A stretch of DNA of 32,156 bases, taken from the IMG/VR virus record IMGVR_UViG_3300030395_000158, positions 1 to 32,156 of that record; one strand, written 5' to 3'. Each line of letters begins with the position of its first letter. Position 1 is the stretch's first letter. The position numbers and the translations under genes were made by a program. Positions 26,277 through 32,156 of the stretch are shown here, piece after piece. Source of the DNA: a virus. Its lineage: Duplodnaviria > Caudoviricetes. The notes under the pieces were generated by a model that was given only the letters and a program-made list of their open reading frames with translations, was not told where the DNA came from and did no database searches.

Positions 26277-27815
26277 ATGGATATAATAGAATTAATATTA
26301 GATGAAGAAAACGAAGAAATGGTTGGAATAGATGCGGTTAGCATCGTAGAGAATCCAGCTATTGAATCTGACTTTATAGCATTAGCAAGTGATGAAATAC
26401 AACTTGCAAAAATAGATGAAGAGAAAAAACTGCTTCTTGGTGCGGCGCTTATACCAAATAAGCCAATATTTAGAAAGAGAAATGATACAATGTTTTATGT
26501 GTATTTTTCTAAAGATACAGTAAGAAGAGCAAGTGAATTATTCTTCCAAAACAGTAATCAAAATAATGCAACTTTAGAACATCAAATGAGTGTTAACGGT
26601 TTAACTGTTGTGGAAAGCTGGATAGTAGAAGATACTAAAATGGATAAATCTGCAAAGTATGGTTTAGAAATGCCTGAGGGTACTTGGATGATTAGTATGA
26701 AAGTAGAGAATGATGAAATTTGGAATGATTATGTAAAAACTGGTAAAGTAAAGGGTTTTAGTATTGAGGGTTATTTTGCTGATAAAGCACAAATTAAAAA
26801 ACCAGATACTAAAGCAGAAATGGCAGCTATTGAAGAAGAAGAGGCAGAATATATGCTCAGTAATATTAAGGCACTAATTAAAAAAGATAAAAGAACTAAA
26901 TCTGGTAAGAAGATAGAATTAGAAACTTATAATGATTATCCAAAAGCGGTTAGCAATAATGCTAAAAGAGGTATAGAACTAAATGAAAAAGTAAATAATC
27001 GTTGCGCCACGCAGGTGGGTAAAATAAGAGCTCAGCAATTAGCACAAAAAGAAAACATAAGTTTACAAACTTTAAAAAGAATGTACTCATATTTAAGTAG
27101 AGCGCAAGAGTATTATGATGAAGGAGATACAAAAGCGTGTGGTACAATTAGTTATTTATTGTGGGGTGGTAAAGCTGGTCTTAGATGGAGTGAAAGTAAG
27201 TTAAAAGAATTAGGTGAAATTAAACTTTCTTCACTTGTAGTTGATAACAACTTTGCAATTATAGATGATAGGTTAGCATACAGCACACAAGAAAAAGCTG
27301 AGCAGATGGCTAAAAATATAGGTTGTGAGGGTTTTCACATACACGAGTTTAAAGATAAGAAATGGTATATGCCTTGCGAAAAGCATTCTTTAGCAGAGAT
27401 TGGACCAAAAGGTGGTATTAAAAAAAGTCCTAAAGCACCTAAAGGTGATACACCAAATCCAAATCCAAAAGGGAAAGGAACTGCTAAAGGAGATGCTTCT
27501 ACAAGTAGAGGCGCAAAAGTAAGTAAACAAGATGAAGTGTCATTACAAAAAAAAGCTAACGATTTTAACGAAAGATATAAAAAGAAACTTGGCTACGGAG
27601 TAACAATAGGACAATTAAAATCAGTATTTCAAAGAGGATTAGGTGCTTTTGTTAAATCACATTCACCAAAAGTAACAAACGCAAAACAATGGGCACATGC
27701 AAGAGTAAATGCATTTTTGTATTTAGTTAAAAATGGAAGACCTCAAAATGCAGGATATACAACTGATTATGATTTATTACCAAGTAAACATCCTAAATCA
27801 CCTAAAAAGAAATAA
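26277..27815 (+). CDS. XkdF-like putative prohead protease with three appended domains
   Basis: AVSIVENPAIESDF, LIPNKPI, ATLEH, VESW, GTW, KGFSIEG motifs. Confidence 0.75.
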   Translation: MDIIELILDEENEEMVGIDAVSIVENPAIESDFIALASDEIQLAKIDEEKKLLLGAALIPNKPIFRKRNDTMFYVYFSKDTVRRASELFFQNSNQNNATLEHQMSVNGLTVVESWIVEDTKMDKSAKYGLEMPEGTWMISMKVENDEIWNDYVKTGKVKGFSIEGYFADKAQIKKPDTKAEMAAIEEEEAEYMLSNIKALIKKDKRTKSGKKIELETYNDYPKAVSNNAKRGIELNEKVNNRCATQVGKIRAQQLAQKENISLQTLKRMYSYLSRAQEYYDEGDTKACGTISYLLWGGKAGLRWSESKLKELGEIKLSSLVVDNNFAIIDDRLAYSTQEKAEQMAKNIGCEGFHIHEFKDKKWYMPCEKHSLAEIGPKGGIKKSPKAPKGDTPNPNPKGKGTAKGDASTSRGAKVSKQDEVSLQKKANDFNERYKKKLGYGVTIGQLKSVFQRGLGAFVKSHSPKVTNAKQWAHARVNAFLYLVKNGRPQNAGYTTDYDLLPSKHPKSPKKK

Positions 27816-27816
27816 T

Positions 27817-27957
27817 ATGAAAAGTAAAAAATTTAAAACACCAAGTAATACATCACCTAAAAATACAAAGCGTGGTTGCTTATGTCCTGATGGCAAAAGA
27901 TACAGTAATAAATGCTGTGATGGCAGCTTACAAGCACAAGGAATAGGTAAAGTATAA
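27817..27957 (+). CDS. 46-aa Cys-rich basic protein
   Basis: RGCLCPDGKRYSNKCCDGSLQAQGIG; ATG 27817 just after the upstream stop is preferred over 27733. Confidence 0.7.
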   Translation: MKSKKFKTPSNTSPKNTKRGCLCPDGKRYSNKCCDGSLQAQGIGKV

Positions 27958-27974
27958 AATAAAGTTGTAAAAAA

Positions 27975-28005
27975 ATATAACAGTTAACGTTTTCAAACGT
28001 TTATA
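27975..28005 (+). promoter_or_regulatory. Putative late (ECF-type) promoter of the head operon
   Basis: ATATAAC-N13-AAACGTTTATA, repeated at 18396-18426. Confidence 0.7.
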
Positions 28006-28021
28006 GATATATACTCAAATT

Positions 28022-28639
28022 ATGAAAGCAAACGAAATACTAAACAAAATAAAAAATATTGTTGGTGAAAAAGTTGAACTTTCTGAAGAAAAAATAGAAA
28101 TGGCTGAAATTACATTAGAAAACGGAACTGTATTAGTTGCAGAAAAGTTTGAAGCTGGAGAATCTATATTTATTAAAACCGAAGATGAGCAAATTGCTTT
28201 ACCAATTGGTGAATATAAATTAGAAGAAGGCAAAGTTTTAGTTGTATCTGAAGAAGGTTTAATTGACAGTATTAAAGAAGCTGCTGAAGAAGCGGTTGAA
28301 GAAGAATTATCTGAAGAATCTAATGAAGAAGTAGAAACTGAATTAGAGGAAGAAGAAAAAGAAGAATTGGAATATGTAACCAAAGAAGAATTTAAATCTG
28401 CTGTTGAAGAAATCAAAGGTATGATTGAAAAAATGGGTTACAAAGACAAAGAAGAAATGAAGGAAGAAGTAATAGAAGAAGTTAAAGAAGAAAAAGAAGA
28501 ACTTTCTGCTGTTGCTCCTGAACCTGTAAAACATAATCCTGAAGCTGAGGTTGATAATAAAGTGAATTTTCATATTGCAAGCAATAGAACACAAACAACT
28601 AAAGACAGGGTTTTTGATAAAATTTTTAACAATAATTAA
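28022..28639 (+). CDS. Putative capsid scaffolding protein
   Basis: Very Glu-rich; directly upstream of the capsid gene. Confidence 0.7.
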   Translation: MKANEILNKIKNIVGEKVELSEEKIEMAEITLENGTVLVAEKFEAGESIFIKTEDEQIALPIGEYKLEEGKVLVVSEEGLIDSIKEAAEEAVEEELSEESNEEVETELEEEEKEELEYVTKEEFKSAVEEIKGMIEKMGYKDKEEMKEEVIEEVKEEKEELSAVAPEPVKHNPEAEVDNKVNFHIASNRTQTTKDRVFDKIFNNN

Positions 28640-28650
28640 TATAAAATAAA

Positions 28651-29586
28651 ATGGCGACAACAACAAGTATATCAAGTACTTACGCTGGAGAATTTGCAGG
28701 AAAATATATTTCTGCTGCTCTTTTAAGTGCTAACACAATTGATAAAGGCGGTATAGAAGTAATGCCTAATATCAAGTATAAATCTACTATGAAAAAAGTA
28801 GCTACTGATGCAAATGTAATTAAAAACGCTTCTTGCGATTTTGATGCAACTGCTACAGTAACATTAACTGAAAGATTATTACAACCAGAGGAGTTTCAAG
28901 TAAACTTACAATTCTGTAAGCAAGATTTTGTTGACGATTGGGAAGCGGCTCAAATGGGATATTCTGCATTTGATAAAATGCCACCTAAATTTTCTGATTT
29001 CATTATTGGCCACGTTGCTGGTTTGGTAGCTGAAAAAACTGAGCAAAACATTTGGGAAGGTGTTAACGCTAATGCTGGTGAATTTGATGGTTTAGTAACT
29101 TTAGCTTTAGCTGATAGTGATGTAATTGACGTTGCATCTCACGCTGCTGTAACTGCTGCTAACGTAATTGATAAATTAGGTTCTATTGTAGATGCAGTAC
29201 CTTCTGCACTTTACAATAAAGAAGATTTACACATTTACGTATCACAAAACATTGCAAGAGCTTATGTAAGAGCTTTAGGTGGTTTTGCTACTTCTATTGG
29301 TTCAAATGGTGTTAACGCACAGGGAACACAATGGTATAACGCTGGTGGACAACTATCTTTTGATGGTGTGAAAATCTTCGTTGCTAATGGTTTAGCTGAT
29401 GATACTGCAATGGCTGCTCAAAAGAGTAACTTATATTTTGGTACTGGTTTACTTTCGGACTCACAAGAAGTAAAGGTTCTGGATATGTCAGACCTTGATG
29501 GTTCGCAGAATGTTAGAGTAATAATGAGATACACAAGCGCAGTTAACTACGGAATAGGTTCTGATATAGTTTTATACCACGCCTAA
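28651..29586 (+). CDS. Major capsid protein
   Basis: 311 aa; YAGEFAGKYI, EQNIWEG..A..GEFDG; codon usage of a highly expressed gene; follows the scaffold. Confidence 0.85.
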   Translation: MATTTSISSTYAGEFAGKYISAALLSANTIDKGGIEVMPNIKYKSTMKKVATDANVIKNASCDFDATATVTLTERLLQPEEFQVNLQFCKQDFVDDWEAAQMGYSAFDKMPPKFSDFIIGHVAGLVAEKTEQNIWEGVNANAGEFDGLVTLALADSDVIDVASHAAVTAANVIDKLGSIVDAVPSALYNKEDLHIYVSQNIARAYVRALGGFATSIGSNGVNAQGTQWYNAGGQLSFDGVKIFVANGLADDTAMAAQKSNLYFGTGLLSDSQEVKVLDMSDLDGSQNVRVIMRYTSAVNYGIGSDIVLYHA

Positions 29587-29601
29587 TAATTAATTAATAA
29601 C

Positions 29602-29623
29602 AAGGGGGCTGAAATGCTCCCTT
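29602..29623 (+). terminator. Stem-loop after capsid gene (weak terminator or mRNA stabiliser)
   Basis: AAGGGGGC-tgaaat-GCTCCCTT; poor U tail. Confidence 0.55.
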
Positions 29624-29641
29624 AATTTAAAACAATAACAA

Positions 29642-30190
29642 ATGGCATGTGATTTAACGGCTGGTAGAAAAGTACCTTGTAAAGATGTAATTGGCGGTAT
29701 TGTTAGAGCTTGGTTCTGCGATTTTGGAGAGCTTGGAACTGTAACAAAAACTGCTGATGAAATTACAGATATGACAGGTACGATAACTCTGCTACAATAC
29801 GATTTAAAAGGTACTAATAGTTTAGAAACTGCTATTACCTCAAGTAGAGAGAATGGAACAACATTCTTTGAAGAAACATTAACTTTAACACTACCTAAAT
29901 TATCTAAAGAAGATAATAAGGAACTGAAACTGATGGCTTACGGAAGACCACACGTTTGTGTAGAAGATAGAAACGGAAACTTCTTTTTATGTGGATTAGA
30001 ACATGGAATGGAAGTGACCGGCGGTAGTATAGCTACAGGAACAGCTTTCGGGGATTTAAGCGGTTACTCACTAACATTAACTGGACAAGAATTAGAACCA
30101 GCTAACTTTATTGCTGGTGGTACTTCTGCTGACCCTCTTGCTGGAATGAGTTCTGCAACTGTAACAGTTACTGTAGGTACAAATAGTTAA
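29642..30190 (+). CDS. Major tail (tube) protein
   Basis: MACDLT.GR..PCKD.IGG, SRENGTTFFE, GTAFGDLSGYSLTLTG; 182 aa. Confidence 0.7.
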   Translation: MACDLTAGRKVPCKDVIGGIVRAWFCDFGELGTVTKTADEITDMTGTITLLQYDLKGTNSLETAITSSRENGTTFFEETLTLTLPKLSKEDNKELKLMAYGRPHVCVEDRNGNFFLCGLEHGMEVTGGSIATGTAFGDLSGYSLTLTGQELEPANFIAGGTSADPLAGMSSATVTVTVGTNS

Positions 30191-30195
30191 AAAAG

Positions 30196-30272
30196 ACGCG
30201 ATTAATATAATTGTGTGATTCATAATATATAGTTTGATTGAGGGGTGGAAGTGATTAGCCACCCCTTTTTTA
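30196..30272 (+). ncRNA. Candidate 3'-UTR antisense RNA (hairpin, seed, terminator)
   Basis: ACGCGATTA/TAATTGTGT stem; 30219-30239 complementary to 8978-8998; terminator follows. Confidence 0.55.
30241..30272 (+). terminator. Rho-independent terminator
   Basis: AGGGGTGG...CCACCCCT stem followed by a T run. Confidence 0.8.
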
Positions 30273-30282
30273 TTAAAAAAAT

Positions 30283-30636
30283 ATGCAAATATTAACTACA
30301 AGTGGCACACGAATTATTAACTTTATACCAAGAGAAACAATAACTGGTAGTAAAACTTATAAATTAGTGATAAAATCAGAAGCTCAAAATAAAGTTATAG
30401 CAACAGATAATAATGCAACATTTTCTGAACTGGATTACTATTATCAATATTCAACTACACAAGCATTAATTGAAAATAATTACTATACTATTACAATCAC
30501 CAATACAACAGATAACGCAATAATTTTTAAAGATAAAATGTACTGTTCTGACCAAACACTTTCAGATTATGAAATTTCAAATGGTGTTTATATAGAACAA
30601 AGTACAGGAGATAACAACTTTGTATATTATGGATAA
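30283..30636 (+). CDS. Putative head closure/structural protein
   Basis: 117 aa, beta-rich; between tail tube and portal genes. Confidence 0.5.
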   Translation: MQILTTSGTRIINFIPRETITGSKTYKLVIKSEAQNKVIATDNNATFSELDYYYQYSTTQALIENNYYTITITNTTDNAIIFKDKMYCSDQTLSDYEISNGVYIEQSTGDNNFVYYG

Positions 30637-32156
30637 TCTACACTTAATTCAACTTAATCAATATGAAAGGCCTACTATTACAGAAGAACGTAATAAAAAT
30701 TATGTATCAATAGGCGATAACAATGATTATTATCAAAACTTGATAGATTGCTATATGGATAGCACTACAAATCAAGCGGTAATAAATGGCGTTGTTAATC
30801 AAATATATGGCAAAGGGTTAGATGCTACTGATTCTAATAAAAAACCAGACCAGTATGCACAAATGAAAAGCTTAATTAAAAACGATTGCTTAAGAAAAGT
30901 TTGCCAAGATTTAAAACTATTAGGAGAAGCAAGTTTTCAAGTAACATACACAGGTAATAAAATATCAGCTATTACACACTTTCCTCGTGAAACTTTAAGA
31001 GCTGAAAAGATGAACGATAAAGGTGAAATAAAAAATTATTATTATGCACCTGATTGGAGTAAAGTACAAAGAAATAGTAAATTAAAAAAGTTTCCTGTTT
31101 TTGGTAGTGGCGCACAAAATGAAATATATATTGTAAAAAGATATGTTACTGGATTTTACTACTATTCACCTGCGGATTATAATACCGCCTACGCCACACT
31201 TGAGAACGAGATTGCTTGTTATTTAATTAATGATACTCAAAATGGTTTTAGTGGTACAAAGGTGGTTAATTTTAATAATGGTGTGCCAGATAGAGAAAAG
31301 CAATTAGCTATTAAGAATGATGTAATGCAAAAGCTAACTGGTAGCTATGGTGAAAAAGTAATTGTTGCATTTAATAATAATGCAGAAAGTAAAACAACTG
31401 TTGAGGATATACCACTAACAGATGCGCCAAATCATTATGAATTTCTTAGTTCTGAGTGTTCTAAAAAAATAATGTTAACACATAGAGTTACTTCACCTTT
31501 ATTAATTGGTTTAAGAGATGGTAATAATGGTTTAGGAAACAATGCAGATGAGATACAAAATGCAAGTAGATTGTTTAATAATGTTGTTATACAACCTTAC
31601 CAAAACTTACTAATTGATTCTATTGATGAAATGTTAGCTGTTAATGGTATTAGTTTAAATCTATATTTTAAAACTATTGAGCCATTAGAATTTATGGAGT
31701 TAGATGATATTGATAATGCAGAAGTAGAAGAAGAACAAACAGGAATAAAAGATGAGGAAACTGAATTAGAATTAATGGTTGCTAATTCTAAAAGAACTGC
31801 TTTAGATGAATTAATTGATTTAGGTATTAATGAAGAAGAATTATTGAAAGATTATGAAATGGTTCATAGTGCTGAAGTTGATTATGATTTAGAAGAAGAA
31901 CTTGATTTTGTAGTAACTGAAATAAATAAAACATCTAAAAAAGAGTTTGCAAGTACAGGTAGTGCTAAACCATATAGAGAGAGTGAACAAGATGGAACTT
32001 CTAAAAAGAAAACAGAAGAAGGTACTGAGTTTTTAGTTAGATATATGTATGAAGCAGCACCTAATCCAGCAAGTAGCTCAAGAACATTTTGCGATAAAAT
32101 GATGGCTGCTAAAAAAGTATATAGAAAAGAAGATATTATTGAGATGGGTAAAAAAC
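30629..32156 (+). CDS. Portal protein (N-terminal part; continues to 368; not in the ORF track)
   Basis: Open frame MDNLHLIQLNQYERP...STTNQAVING...IYGKG...NGFSG..VVNFNNGVP...HRVTSPLLIG...VIQPYQ, followed by an acidic linker. Confidence 0.85.
   Translation, partial: MDNLHLIQLNQYERPTITEERNKNYVSIGDNNDYYQNLIDCYMDSTTNQAVINGVVNQIYGKGLDATDSNKKPDQYAQMKSLIKNDCLRKVCQDLKLLGEASFQVTYTGNKISAITHFPRETLRAEKMNDKGEIKNYYYAPDWSKVQRNSKLKKFPVFGSGAQNEIYIVKRYVTGFYYYSPADYNTAYATLENEIACYLINDTQNGFSGTKVVNFNNGVPDREKQLAIKNDVMQKLTGSYGEKVIVAFNNNAESKTTVEDIPLTDAPNHYEFLSSECSKKIMLTHRVTSPLLIGLRDGNNGLGNNADEIQNASRLFNNVVIQPYQNLLIDSIDEMLAVNGISLNLYFKTIEPLEFMELDDIDNAEVEEEQTGIKDEETELELMVANSKRTALDELIDLGINEEELLKDYEMVHSAEVDYDLEEELDFVVTEINKTSKKEFASTGSAKPYRESEQDGTSKKKTEEGTEFLVRYMYEAAPNPASSSRTFCDKMMAAKKVYRKEDIIEMGKK
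32058..32155. repeat. Terminal direct repeat (right copy)
   Basis: 98-bp identity to 1-98; last base 32156 (C) differs from base 99 (G). Confidence 0.95.

Noticed and set aside
27733-27816. Upstream start for the Cys-rich ORF
   Set aside because: Overlaps the protease gene by 83 nt; ATG 27817 directly after its stop is more plausible
1873-28675. All minus-strand ORFs in the track (e.g. 15680-16162, 23838-24467, 24474-24971, 28015-28416)
   Set aside because: They lie opposite well-supported + strand genes, have shadow-like composition and show no motifs
30215-30242. dif-like XerCD site (CATAA-TATATA)
   Set aside because: The right arm does not resemble the conserved TTATGTTAAAT XerD arm
32058-32156. 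Biological direct terminal repeat of the virion DNA
   Set aside because: A 98-99 nt overlap inside a gene is typical of assembler k-mer overlap, and the terminase type suggests headful packaging

Overview
The window is an apparently complete, AT-rich, circularly assembled tailed-phage genome of about 32,057 bp (bases 1-98 are repeated at 32058-32155). All credible genes are on the + strand. A Bacteroidota/Flavobacteriia host is likely, judging from TAnnTTTG-type promoter elements, A-rich initiation regions without Shine-Dalgarno sequences and flavobacterial-type adhesin repeats. In map order the modules are: portal C-terminus, head-tail connector, two LamG fibre genes, lysis genes, a metallophosphoesterase, early recombination/replication genes, an FkbM-methyltransferase + GT-A glycosyltransferase cassette, initiator, helicase, resolvase, an ECF-like sigma factor, terminase, a small early island, the siphovirus-type tail operon with a -1 frameshift chaperone, a multidomain XkdF protease, scaffold, capsid, tail tube and portal. 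I recognise no integrase, DNA polymerase, tRNA or CRISPR array. The most interesting signals are: (i) two hairpin-seed-terminator RNA elements whose unpaired seeds are complementary to translation starts of the phage's own early genes, the best being a 21-nt duplex over the exonuclease start codon; (ii) a phage ECF-like sigma factor with two matching ATATAAC-N13-AAACGTTTATA promoters before the tail and head operons; (iii) an origin-like relic of the initiator-gene linker sitting downstream of terL; (iv) a glycosyltransferase/methyltransferase cassette with no visible base-hydroxylating partner; (v) micro-ORFs resembling the ribonucleotide reductase redox tail and an outer-membrane beta-signal. 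All protein assignments come from motif recognition by eye, not database searches.
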